A stretch of DNA of 64,000 nt from Tetramitus jugosus (taxonomy: Eukaryota; Protista; Heterolobosea): positions 1 through 64,000 of the forward strand of contig OW569357.1 in NCBI GenBank assembly GCA_937625935.1, in the 5' to 3' direction. Below are positions 42,196-53,737 of the stretch, in pieces. The position numbers and the translations under genes were made by a program. Below the pieces are notes generated by a model. That model was not told the origin of the DNA, did no database searches, and saw only the letters and a program-made list of their open reading frames with translations. Position 1 is the stretch's first letter. The number at the start of each line of letters is the position of its first letter.

Positions 42196-44925
42196 CTATT
42201 CTGCAAAAACAACTTCCAGGTTCGTCTTATTTCTAATTGCTCTGAATCCTCCAAACACTGCACAGACGTACGGTATCCGTTCCATTATCAACAATTTTTC
42301 TATTCGCTTACAGAATGGACTGTACTCATCGGATTCGTCAATCAATACGATCGGTAGACCCACCTTATATTTAAGCTTTGAGAAGAACAGCTCTTCGTTG
42401 AAAAGGTCCATTTCATTGTGCTGTTCTGCGTTCTCAGGAAGCTTGTCTCTGCTGATCGTTAATTCTTGATCTGCAAATAAGAAAATTGACGTTCCAATGT
42501 GCAAATGGCACTTTTTGTACATATTGAGTGGTCTGATGTCCAGCACTACCGCAAGCTTTGCATATGTTTTCTCAAAATCCTGAGCACATATTCTTGCTGT
42601 GATGTATGATCTGTACTCAGATATCGTAATTTTTTCTTCTTTGCGAGCCAGGTGAGTTTGAGAGTTATCTGAAACAAAAGGCATTTCAATGAAACTCTTG
42701 GGTGTCTTCTCAGATATGGTTCTTGCTTCACTCACGGCCTTCCTGATATCCAAGTTTTGCAAATTTTGAAATTGGACCATTGCAGTGTTAAAATCGCAGT
42801 GAAGAAGCTCTGATTTGAGTTGCCGAATCATGGCAACGGCAATAAATAATATCATTTCCGGAGAACTGACAAGTATTACATCCCACAACAGCAATATTTT
42901 TTCCATTGGCAAAACGTGGGCATAACACGTAAGCAACCAAGAAATGGCATATAATTCAGGATCGAAGCCCAAAAGTTCCAAGTGTCCTCCAATCTCAGAG
43001 TCTATCCAATTAACTAATTTTCCTAGGATTGTAAGATCGCGTTGCATTCTACCTTCATGTCCCATATGAACAAAATAACCATCCAAAAACTTGTTGATAA
43101 ACAGATCGAGACAAAATATGGATCTGGCCAGATTGGTAGAATTGTCAACTTGGATGGAGTTTTTAGTTTGAAACACTCCATTCAACACAACAAATACAGC
43201 ACATATGGAATCAATACCCTGCCAATAAACACCACCTTTGAGAAGATTACTCTTGTACTTGTCGAGATGAATACGCACCCAATTATGAAGCACCAGTGAA
43301 ACCGCATCCTTGGCTGCCTGTGTTTTCATTAAGTGATGATACTGATGACACCGAATGATATCAACTTCAATTTGCTTCTCGAGGACTTGGTCTCTGTCAG
43401 CAGTTTTCATCTCCTCTTGAAGTCGTTCCCACTCTTTGACCATAATGTTGAGTGCAGGGCAATCTAGCAAACAGCTCCATATTTCAGCTCGCAAAGTAGG
43501 TGGTATGTTCTCTTTGGCTAACTTGAATATTTCAATTTTGCTTGCAGGATAGTTCATAATGTGCTGACGGAAAACACGAATCTTAGCAACTTGATAGTTC
43601 AGTGTATTCTCCTGTGTGTTCGGAAACAATTTACGAATGTAATCTGGTTGTTCAGCAGCACTCCTGCGAGTCAAACCTCGAAGAGTCTTCAAGTTCGAAT
43701 ATCGAGTTATTTCCTCTTTCGGTTGGATAGTTTCAACAGAGCTCGTTGATTTTTGTAATAAGTTACTCGGTATTAACACCTGTTTCATGTGTACGGCAGG
43801 AAAGTATATTTCTTTGCTTTGTAAATCACTGATGGATGCCATACTAAACACATTCGGTTCAATCATGAAAAATTTCTTCGCAAACAAACAAAACTCTTCT
43901 CGGTTACTAATAAATTGTCTCATGGCAGATAAATCTTCATGCTTTCTCTGTTTTAGATTCGGAGGGTTCATACTCTCATCAGATTCTACACATTTTAGAT
44001 GTGGCACTCGAACATACTTGAAATCTAAATAGGCGGAGCGAATCGGCGCTACTGTATCAAAAAACGAAAACGATTCATACACGATCCTCGAGTCCGTAAT
44101 TTCAAACTGTACACACGCTGTTAATATCTCAATAATTGATGGATCCAATCTTTGAATTCGAGTGAGCTGTTGCGATGAATACTGCGGTGTTTGGCCTTGA
44201 TTGTCGACATTGGGCACAAATATCAGAGGTTTCGGACCACATATATACTGCAGCAAAATCTTACCCATCACAGCAAAGTCAGACGCAGGACAAACAGAGT
44301 CATGTCCATGCATTTGACGAATCATGTTACAATAATGCAAAAAGGCAAAATCACCAATCTTCAAGTTCGTATTGGTCTCCGTGTCCAAATAAATATTTTT
44401 TGCACTGAAAAGCTTTCCCAAATAAATTCCATGCATATGAAGCACATGCAGCGCATTCAACGCTTGCGAACACACTTGATACACACGCGCATCACTCACA
44501 CGCTTCCCAGTCTTTCTCCAATGAATCATTTCATCATAAAATGTTGATTTTTGCTGTGCAGTGCACAAATAGTGCACATTAATGTCGTTTTGTGAGGGAA
44601 TGAGACCTACACAGGGACACAAGCTCTCATGTCTCAAATCCTTGAAGCATTCATTCCATTTTTTCTCAAACAGTTCCTTGTGTTGTGTCAGCTGAATGCA
44701 CCGTATGCTCAGACACGTGTTGGATAGCTTTGGTCTCTTTGTAGTCGACGATGCAACTTGTTGTTGAGGTGATAGGGAACCTCCAACAGCAGTGGTAGGA
44801 GTATTTGGAGTCGAGGGTTTCTGAGACAAGGGATCAGAAGTAGTAGTACTACTGCTGCTTGGACTGTTGACAACAGATAGAACAGATGGTGTTCTCTTTC
44901 GGCCACTTGTGGATGCTGTGATCAT
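42196..44925 (-). CDS. TBCK: TBC domain-containing kinase-like protein (pseudokinase-TBC-rhodanese)
   Basis: A degenerate kinase fold without HRD, TBC fingers IEVDIIRCHQY and YWQGIDS, and a rhodanese-like VLDIRP...GGF region. Confidence 0.88.
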   Translation of the reverse strand: MITASTSGRKRTPSVLSVVNSPSSSSTTTSDPLSQKPSTPNTPTTAVGGSLSPQQQVASSTTKRPKLSNTCLSIRCIQLTQHKELFEKKWNECFKDLRHESLCPCVGLIPSQNDINVHYLCTAQQKSTFYDEMIHWRKTGKRVSDARVYQVCSQALNALHVLHMHGIYLGKLFSAKNIYLDTETNTNLKIGDFAFLHYCNMIRQMHGHDSVCPASDFAVMGKILLQYICGPKPLIFVPNVDNQGQTPQYSSQQLTRIQRLDPSIIEILTACVQFEITDSRIVYESFSFFDTVAPIRSAYLDFKYVRVPHLKCVESDESMNPPNLKQRKHEDLSAMRQFISNREEFCLFAKKFFMIEPNVFSMASISDLQSKEIYFPAVHMKQVLIPSNLLQKSTSSVETIQPKEEITRYSNLKTLRGLTRRSAAEQPDYIRKLFPNTQENTLNYQVAKIRVFRQHIMNYPASKIEIFKLAKENIPPTLRAEIWSCLLDCPALNIMVKEWERLQEEMKTADRDQVLEKQIEVDIIRCHQYHHLMKTQAAKDAVSLVLHNWVRIHLDKYKSNLLKGGVYWQGIDSICAVFVVLNGVFQTKNSIQVDNSTNLARSIFCLDLFINKFLDGYFVHMGHEGRMQRDLTILGKLVNWIDSEIGGHLELLGFDPELYAISWLLTCYAHVLPMEKILLLWDVILVSSPEMILFIAVAMIRQLKSELLHCDFNTAMVQFQNLQNLDIRKAVSEARTISEKTPKSFIEMPFVSDNSQTHLARKEEKITISEYRSYITARICAQDFEKTYAKLAVVLDIRPLNMYKKCHLHIGTSIFLFADQELTISRDKLPENAEQHNEMDLFNEELFFSKLKYKVGLPIVLIDESDEYSPFCKRIEKLLIMERIPYVCAVFGGFRAIRNKTNLEVVFAE

Positions 44926-45392
44926 GTTCGTATGTCATGCACCAACGTCGAGCCCACAAGGTGTTGTTGTTTGTTCGCTGTCTGTTTTTTCTTTTTGATT
45001 TTTTTTTGAGGGCCCACATTGAAACGTGGCGCCAAGTAGAAATTACGTTCAAGTCAATAGTAAGAGTGGTTCATCGGTTAATAACATCGAAAAGTGTCTC
45101 GTATCACGCTATACCGTGTTTGCCCATCGATAATCGGCAAGGTGAATGAATGGTACGCAGATACAGAGTATAGCCATATTGAAATCTCAAACTACAAAGC
45201 TGTCTACCAATTCGAACGGTCTGCCATGTAGTGCAAGTTTCAGAAATTCTTGGAATTTGTTTTCTTTTGTCCGAACAGAGGGGTATCGAATACAATTGCC
45301 GCCCAAACTCCAGCGAAAATGTGTATTACGGTTGAATTGTTTTGTGATCTATCGTATTCAGAAAACAAAGGAAATTTCTCAAACTGTGAAAG

Positions 45393-47832
45393 ATGTCAAT
45401 AGCATATGAAAACGTCAAGGATACCATTGTGTCTTCAGCAGAGAAGCTACTCAAGGAACAAGTATCTTCTAACGCCTTGTCTAGCGTGGTGGTATGTGCA
45501 TGATACAAAAACAAAATCTCATTCTTATCAATCATTTACTAACTATCATCACTTCCTCATCACTAGGACAACAAATTGAAGCACTATGAGAAAAAGAAGC
45601 TCCATCTGGATTCCAAAGCTAAGCAGCTTTGTGAGTCCATTGATAGAGAAAAGATCAATGTTTGTCGATTGTGGGACCAAATCAAAGACTTGAGCAGAAA
45701 ATCCAGTTTCATTAGCACAAGGCACTCTGTGCTCAAGAGTCAGACACAGAAGCTATCAGAAAGAGAGAATATTGACTTTGAAACCTTTGAGGTGTTAAAA
45801 ACGGAAAGAGCTCAGTTGTATCATAGATTTAAGGAAACTTATGAGCAATACAATATTCTCCAAAGTCAAATCTTAGAGTTTGAACACAAGAAATTACTCT
45901 GTATGATAGATATTGTTTCATTCAGTTCTAGATAGATATCCGTACTGCTTACACATTCATATCTGCTCATAGCTAAATCGAACCAAAGCTCTACAAAAGA
46001 AGAGCTGGAAGAGAAGAGATCCTTTCGAGCTCAATTATCTCAAGAACTGCAAAGTCTCGCTGACCTCTTAACAACAAACAGAGCAGAGATCAAGACTATC
46101 GAGGAAGATATGGATCGAGTCCAAGCGGCAAAAAGAATCCAAGAAGGTGACAAGAGACTGATTGAAGAGGAACTTGAAACAAAGGTGAAAGTGCTTGAAG
46201 TTGAAGGTGAGAGATTGGCAAGTTCTGCCCAGAATTGTACAATGGAAAGGAAAGAAGTTGCTCTTACCGATCAAAGAACAGTAAGTATTGTGAGAACAGT
46301 GAATATGAAACCTGATTTCTAATCATGTCGATTTTGGTTTCCTTTTATGCCCAGAAACACTCAATCGAAGATCTAGTGAAGCGAATGAAGTCTTCATTTC
46401 TCGAGATAACTGAGAGTCTTGCAGCTAAACTGGAATGCACAACAACGGACTATTCGAAGTTGGAGGAACAGAAAACCCTGATTGAGAACGAAAAAGATGA
46501 AATAATGTAAGTAACAGAACTACTTTAGTGAAAACAAATTGCAACATTAACATTGTCCATAGGATCAAGTATACAACTGTCACAAAGAGCTTAGAAGAGG
46601 AAACTGAAAATATTCAAAGAGAAAGTGCTCTCCAGATTCAGATGAAAGAAGAGATCCAAATAGCAAACTCCGCTCTCGACGGACTCAGAGGTCAAATTAA
46701 AGAGTTAGCACAACAGAAGGAAATTGAAAATTCAACAAACAAGAACTTAAGAGAGTCTAATGAATCGAATCTTGAAGCAGCAAAGTTGTTGATAAACCCA
46801 TTGAGAGAGGCTACTTCGAACCGAAAATTAGAAATTGAAAAGTTAAAGGATCATCTTAGCAGAGAAACCAAAGAAGTAGAACAGCTAAAGCGTCAAGAAG
46901 TGACAACACAAGAGAATATTCAAGAGTTGGAACTAATCGTAGGTGCAAAGAGGAAAGCTTTAACTGTCAATGACATCAAGGCTAGCTATCCCGAAGACCT
47001 GGAGATTGAGCAGATAGAACAACTCATACGGGAGTGTCACTCGCTCACCGAGAACGCTAAGTTAGAGATCATGAATCTTCAACAAGAATGCGCGGCTATC
47101 AACGAAAGTAATGGAAAAGAAATAGAAGTTATGGAGTTAAAGCGGATGAAAAATCTTGAGGTGCTAAAAGAACAATACGAAAAGAAAAGGCAAACAGATA
47201 TCTCCATTATACGCTCGGATTATTATTCTTCTATAGAGGAAGCTCGATTGAAATGTTCTCAAGCCATCGAAAAAGATCGATTGGAATCCGAACAGTACAT
47301 TCAATCGCTCGAAACAAAGTTCGAAAGTTTAAAGAAACAACAACTCATGGCTGAAGAATTAAACCAAGAAAAGAACATCAAAGCCATTGATGTTGAACCA
47401 ATCCCAAAAGGCAGTGATTCCCAGTTGTTTGACGAAGATTGGCTCGAAGACGAGGATCTATTCTCCTCGCTTCCAGGAAGTTCCCAACTATCAGTAAAAC
47501 CTAGAGGAGCTCAACCTAAAACTACTCCACCCAAACCGCCAAAGACTCCAACCAAGGCTCCAATTGCTTCTCGAAAGACCAAAATCCGAAAAGATACAAC
47601 ACCCGACAATACACCAATAGATACGAAAAAGAAAAGCCGAGATTCGAAGAAAGCATCAACAAACAAACGAGAATCAAAAATGGAGAAGAAGGTTACCTCA
47701 TCGGACTCTAAGACGACGAAAAGAACAAATCAAAGCAATAAGAAACAGTCCACCAAGCCAAAGAAGCCCCGCCAAGTGTCAAACATCGAATCGTCCGACG
47801 ATGATTTATCCGTCTTCGATTTCACCGAGTGA
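45393..47832 (+). CDS. Five-exon long coiled-coil protein with basic, TP-rich tail (about 720 aa)
   Basis: Exons 45393-45491, 45567-45900, 45973-46280, 46355-46506 and 46563-47832. Four GT-AG introns keep the frame. Confidence 0.8.
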
Positions 47833-47955
47833 ACTATTAAGGGAAACATGCGCAACCTTTTTGAATTTGCGTATTGAGCTTTTCGCAGAAGCTCAATAAG
47901 CGACAAACGAAAGAGAACAAACAACAAACAACAAAAAAAACAAACAAACACACAA

Positions 47956-48504
47956 ATGGGTTCCTACATTAGTCAGTTATTCACTGAAGAAATTTCCTCG
48001 ACCACAATCACGACCGTCGATGTGGATACAACCAATCGTAAACGGCCTAGCATTACTCTGAACGCAACCACCACATCGATACTACACCCCAGTAATCCTG
48101 TTCGGCGAACGAGTTGCACCATTGAATTATCCATTAACGAACAGGGAACATGTGATTCCATACAAATCACGCAACAACAACAACAGCAACAACCTGAGAC
48201 ACTTGGAGAAACAAACACATTGCCACCACTAGGAGATACCTCATTGAACACGTTTACCTATGTGAGTCGAAGGAAGCCCATTGAAGTCTTTTCTGACCAG
48301 ACAATGGAAGAGTTGCGCACCTACCTCGCACAATACCAATTCCCAATCAAGGACGACTTCAATAACACCACGTGCAGCAGCAGTGACTCTGATGCTCTAA
48401 GCTCTCGTAGTAGTGTCAGCAGCTTGAGTGACCTGTACACGAATCCAACGACACAAGAATATGACTTGGAAATGTTCTGTGGCACACAACAAAACTACTG
48501 CTAG
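47956..48504 (+). CDS. Hypothetical protein (MGS N-terminus, possibly myristoylated)
   Basis: A 182-aa ORF preceded by an A/C-rich 5' UTR like other genes in the window. Confidence 0.6.
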   Translation: MGSYISQLFTEEISSTTITTVDVDTTNRKRPSITLNATTTSILHPSNPVRRTSCTIELSINEQGTCDSIQITQQQQQQQPETLGETNTLPPLGDTSLNTFTYVSRRKPIEVFSDQTMEELRTYLAQYQFPIKDDFNNTTCSSSDSDALSSRSSVSSLSDLYTNPTTQEYDLEMFCGTQQNYC

Positions 48505-48657
48505 AACAAACAACTGAACAATGCTGAGTGAGGTGTATACAATGTTCCCGCGTGCATACACCAAAGCTCAAGACTCTCCTCCAACTAGGCCCTTCAATAT
48601 TGAAATGACAATTTTTGCGTAAATAAAAACAACTAGACGAAACACTATATCTTTACT

Positions 48658-49728
48658 CTACTCGTCAATATTGTTATTCAGGGTGTACTTGAATACACCC
48701 CTGAATACCTCAACTGCAGGTCCCTTCAAATACACGTTGGTGAACGCTTGACTCGCAGAGTCATAATCAAATTCGACAGTCAAGGTACCACCCAACGTAT
48801 GAATTTCGATTGTAAACTTACTCTTGTTTGAATTCACTTCACTTTCGTGTTGCTTGGTGGTCTTTAGCTTGAGTACATGGGCAATAGCACTGGCGATAGC
48901 TCCCGTACCACAAGAATAGGTCTCATCTTCCACACCTCTCTCATAAGTTCTCACAAAGATGGAATCATCAGACTGGACTTGAATAAAATTCACATTTGTT
49001 CCATTCTGGTGCGCATACTGCTCACTGTATCGGATACCAGAACCAATTTGCTTCACATCTACCTTGTAAATGGCAGCTTCCTTGATATCTTTGCTGTTCT
49101 TGTTCGTATTGTCGTCAGAAGGAAGGAAAATACAGTGGTGAGGTGAGCCAGTGTTCAAATACATGACATCTTGCTCCAGTTGCTCCACACTCGTCACATC
49201 ATTCATCTTCAATGACACGAGGTCAATATTTGCTTGATACCCATTGACTTGCACCGACGCTTCATGCACGCCATCAACAGCCGTAAACTGATACCATCGC
49301 GCTCTTTCCTCCCCGCTTCCATCCTCTTCACTTTCATTATTATCCGACTGTAATGGCTTTCGGAACAATCCAAGAGATTTTGCGAAATGAACACAGCAAC
49401 GGCCTCCATTACCACACATGCTTGACTGATTGCCATCAGAATTGTAATAAACCATGTGAAAATTGTTCAAATTCTCAACAACTTGCTTCTCCTTGTTGTC
49501 TTGTTGTTCCGTAGCTTCATCAATGGCTAATGATGATGATGATGGCTGCTGCACAAGAATCAGTCCATCTGCCCCGATTCCAAACCTTCGATGACACATG
49601 AGAGCTACAAGCTTTGTGTTCATCGTGTCAAACGAGTAGCTTTGGTCATCTATCATGATAAAGTCATTTCCTGTTCCATGGTACTTTGTAAAGTGAACCT
49701 CTTTCTCGTCTGTTGGTGTGACTGTCAT
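48658..49728 (-). CDS. dapF: Diaminopimelate epimerase
   Basis: KYHGTGNDF, GIGADGL, MCGNGGRC, TGSPH, GTNVNF and RTYERGVEDETYSCGTG, with both catalytic Cys present. An alternative ATG lies at 49800. Confidence 0.95.
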   Translation of the reverse strand: MTVTPTDEKEVHFTKYHGTGNDFIMIDDQSYSFDTMNTKLVALMCHRRFGIGADGLILVQQPSSSSLAIDEATEQQDNKEKQVVENLNNFHMVYYNSDGNQSSMCGNGGRCCVHFAKSLGLFRKPLQSDNNESEEDGSGEERARWYQFTAVDGVHEASVQVNGYQANIDLVSLKMNDVTSVEQLEQDVMYLNTGSPHHCIFLPSDDNTNKNSKDIKEAAIYKVDVKQIGSGIRYSEQYAHQNGTNVNFIQVQSDDSIFVRTYERGVEDETYSCGTGAIASAIAHVLKLKTTKQHESEVNSNKSKFTIEIHTLGGTLTVEFDYDSASQAFTNVYLKGPAVEVFRGVFKYTLNNNIDE

Positions 49729-50080
49729 TTCTTCACACAGAGTCAGTTGGTTCTTGTTTGTGTGGATGTTGTTCACAAAGGTCAACGGACAAAGTGTCAT
49801 TCATGAACGGAGTAACTCTCGATAAGGTATTTGACTTTCATAAAAATACCAATCGAAGAAGTGGTTGACTATTTTTTGTTTCACACATGTGCAGCAAGAC
49901 AACTCCCTTAGATCTCAAACTCGAATTCCCATTCAATTTAAATTCGGGAGGAATAATATGCAAAATCATAAAAAGTTTTGGGAGCAACAATACAATCATA
50001 CAAGGTTTTGTTTTGCAAAGTACTTATTTGACAATATACCATTGATAACACATAGACGATAAAACTATTTCATAATAGAT

Positions 50081-51592
50081 ATGATACTCGAAGGATTCCT
50101 AGTTCCAATACTGTTGATCTTGTTGACTAATGGAGCGGCTGTCCTGTTGTTTCACAGGTACGGTCCCATTGGAAACAAACTGAGTTTGCTCGCTCATCAA
50201 TACACAACGAAAATTCAAAGCTTGGAGACTCGAGTGGAGCAACTGGCGGAAGACAAAGAAAAATTGGAGAAGAAACTTCGAGAGAAACAGACTCATATCT
50301 TTCAAAGTGCAGCCAATGACGAACTGTACCGAGAGGAAACAATGAAGAATGAAAAGAAGTTGATACTTGAACTCAAGAGTTACAAGAGCAAGTGTTGTAC
50401 GTTGGAGCAAGAGTTGAACCTTTCTCTCAAGAAACTGGACCATTATCGATCGGATCTTGAGCGAGTCAACCAGGAACAAATTGATCGGGATAATTCGTTG
50501 AAGATGAAAGACAACGAGATCGGACAATTGAAAGAACAATTACAACTCCTGGAGAAACAAACTGAAAAACGAGTGGAAATATCAGAGAAAAATTGGGAGC
50601 TTGTAAACAAGGTCAACTCACAATTACAAAGCAAGATACAACTGTATGAGAAGAAGATTCAGACAAATCATCAACTTCAGTCACAAGTCAATGCTTTGCG
50701 CAGTGAATGTGAAAAGTTACACAAGGATCATGAGAATGGAAGTTCCTCTTGGAAGAAACAAACAGAAACTAAACTAACGCAACTCATCTCCGAGAGAGAC
50801 AAATACGCCTCTCAACTCCAAGCATTGGAGACGGAACGAAATCGCTCCGTCCAGTACTTTGAAGGCCTCATGAAAAAAGTGAAACAAGAAGAAGAGAACA
50901 AGTGGTCTCCTATCGTTCAGCAAAAAACGGAAGAAATACAGAAGCTAACGAGTATGCTCCATAAGAACAGAAGAGATAGTGATGGATTCCTCTATGAAGA
51001 AAGAACGTCATGGGAGAAACAAAAACAAGAGTATGAAAACAAATTGAGCTCGATGAATCAGTTACAACGGTTGTTGGAGCAGAAAGATCAAGAAGTGGAA
51101 GCTCTAAAGACCAATCTTATAACGGACAGGAATCAATCTGCATCGAACATTGAATACCTCAATAATCAACTTCAAACGAGGATGGACGAGATTGTACAAT
51201 TGAACCAGCAAATCGAACTCTTAAAAAGATCCCTTGCTAGTGAGAGACAAAAGGTTCAGCAGATGGAGTCACAAATGCCTAAAGTCTTTGGAAATCATTC
51301 TCCCCCATCGACGAGGTCTCAGACCCCGATGGGACAATCCTTTATTAGTCCACCACCCTCTCCATCTCCCTCCAATTTTTCCAGTGTCAGTAGCAGTGCC
51401 GACGAAGTGAATCACCGAGCTGAAACTCCAAAGGACTCAACATATTCAGTGGGAACTTCACAATCAGGATATGCAAACTCTCAAAAGATTCCGAGAGAGT
51501 ATGACACAAGTGTGACAAACCCTTCCTTCTTCCCTCCTTCCTACCGGGTACTTCCCAATGGTCAGGGATATCGTTACACAACAAACTGGTGA
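50081..51592 (+). CDS. N-terminally anchored coiled-coil protein
   Basis: Hydrophobic residues 2-25, about 370 aa of heptad-rich sequence and an S/P-rich tail. Confidence 0.8.
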   Translation: MILEGFLVPILLILLTNGAAVLLFHRYGPIGNKLSLLAHQYTTKIQSLETRVEQLAEDKEKLEKKLREKQTHIFQSAANDELYREETMKNEKKLILELKSYKSKCCTLEQELNLSLKKLDHYRSDLERVNQEQIDRDNSLKMKDNEIGQLKEQLQLLEKQTEKRVEISEKNWELVNKVNSQLQSKIQLYEKKIQTNHQLQSQVNALRSECEKLHKDHENGSSSWKKQTETKLTQLISERDKYASQLQALETERNRSVQYFEGLMKKVKQEEENKWSPIVQQKTEEIQKLTSMLHKNRRDSDGFLYEERTSWEKQKQEYENKLSSMNQLQRLLEQKDQEVEALKTNLITDRNQSASNIEYLNNQLQTRMDEIVQLNQQIELLKRSLASERQKVQQMESQMPKVFGNHSPPSTRSQTPMGQSFISPPPSPSPSNFSSVSSSADEVNHRAETPKDSTYSVGTSQSGYANSQKIPREYDTSVTNPSFFPPSYRVLPNGQGYRYTTNW

Positions 51593-51684
51593 GGAACATC
51601 GCATATGAATTGTACAGAACAAAGTAAAAAACATGGATCAAACTATTTTAAAAGCTTCGAAATTTCCATTGTCCTAAGCGAAAG

Positions 51685-53271
51685 TTAGAACAACCTATAC
51701 TTCTTTCGTCTATTCATTGAAAAGATTGGTTCATACTCAACAACATGATCACTAGTCATTCTTCCACTCGAAGTACCCTTCCTTCCATGTTGGGATTCCC
51801 TTATCCCATCGTCCATCAATAGATGAGTCCTCTTCTTTGCTCGTTTCACTTCCTCTTCCTCAATATCAGTTGTCCACAAATCATTGTCTGAACCATCTAA
51901 TGTAAAAGAAGAGCAACAATCATCTGTAGACGCGAGAGCAGAGTTGTTCCATTGACTATCGATTTGTTTCTGCAAGTACCGTTCCAGATGATTTGTCACA
52001 GAAGTTTCCTCGTCACTGTGAGATGCACCGTCTGAGCAAGAATCAGAGAGAGTTGTTTTCAGCTCTTCGTTTTCATCATCATCATCAATCACAACGACAA
52101 TAGCAGATTCTATTTCTTGATTAACTCTTGGAGTTTCAGATGGAGTTGTTGAAGAGTCACGATGGTTGGTATTAGTACTCTGATGATTTTCCGAACTTGA
52201 ATCTTTAGGACATGGTGCAGTAGTGGATGATGATGATTGTATAGCATGGCACTGTGACATTTGTATCATTTGATCCAATTTTGTTACTTGAACTTGAATA
52301 GATTCCATCCAATTCTTCTGACATGATTCAACAGACATCCTCCACTGTTCAATCATGTTAGTTTCTTCTTCTCTACTTCTGCGTCTCTTCTCTTCTACTT
52401 CTTTTTATTGTTCTTTAGCTTCTTTTTCATCTCTCTGTTGTTTTTCAAATTGTTGAATCGTCGTATTGAGTAACGAACTCAATTGATTCAACTGTTCGCT
52501 CAGTGATTGGATCAACAGCGATTGATCTTGGAGTATAGTCCTAGTTTGTTCAAATTGGTTCACCATTTCGAGCTTTATCTCACTTAATTGTTCATTTGAA
52601 CTTGTTTGTTGACTCACAATAGAATTCAACACTTTTTCAAAGTGTTCCAACCTGAATACAATCAACTGTTTGTTTTTCATTTCCTCTTGTTGATTTTCTA
52701 TACTCTTTTGACTACTATTACTGTTGTCGATGGTGCTGCTCGTTCTTTGAACATGATGATTGTTGTTGTTATGCTTCAATTGCGATGATAATGTCTGCTG
52801 TTGAGAGCTACTATTATTTTGACTGTTTTGATACAATTTGGTCTGTTTCAAAAATGAGTGAAAAGAGCTTGGTGATGATGATGATGCATGAGGAACACGA
52901 GATGACAACAGAGGAGATGACTGAGAAGATTGAGAGGATCTATTGTTGTTGTTGTATCCCATGTTATTGCTGCTAGAGGTCATAGCTCTGGTGGGATCCA
53001 TGGAGAAGAGCTCTGATAGGTTGGCAACATTTCTACGTGGGAAAAGAGATGATGATTGTTGAGAAGAGCTTTGTTGAGAGGAAGATGATTTTTGAGAAGA
53101 GCTTTGATTGTTGGTGTTGTTGTATGATAGTCTACTATTGTGGTTGACGGTTGATAGGGAGTGGAAGGGAAAATGGCTGCTTCTGTTGTTGTGGGATTGA
53201 GAGCTTTGTTGTTGTTGTTGGCTGTTGGAGAGCTGAGAGAATTGAGCTTCGAATTGTGAATCAAAACTCAT
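51685..53271 (-). CDS. S/Q-rich coiled-coil protein interrupted by one in-frame TAA (52407-52405)
   Basis: ORFs 53271-52405 and 52356-51685 are in the same frame. The junction reads EKEAKEQ*KEVEEKRRRSREEETNMIEQW. Confidence 0.65.
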
Positions 53272-53737
53272 TTCTTGTTTCTCTTGGCTTTTTATCGATA
53301 TCTATCGTAATACAAAAAAACAGTTTTTGGTAAAAGAGCAGTTTTTTTGTATGTAAGTCATCCAGTTTTTGGCGCGTTGAGTCGGAGATATTTACGTTGT
53401 AACAATTCACTGTAAATTGGCCGCTGATGAGGTACTGTCATCAGCTTGTCATAATATCACCTTTCACCTTTTTTTGATTGCCCCCATGCGTAGTCGGCCA
53501 ACAAACTGTGAAGGTCACAAAGAGGAGCAGCATTCCACACAACCCAACAACATCTTGGTTTTTTTGCTTGTCATTCTTGCTGTCAGCTTAGAGAGAGAGC
53601 AGATTTTTTTTCGAATCCCAAACACCCAAAAAACCAGCAAAAACACCACAACAACAAAACACACACGTTATCTCATCTTACAACAACAATTTCATTGAAT
53701 ATTATTACTATCCCTTGAGAAAAATAATACTACTACT

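Noticed and set aside
3555-52407. Stop-codon reassignment to explain the in-frame stops
   Set aside because: TAA, TAG and TGA all end conserved genes here, and most internal stops co-occur with frameshifts.
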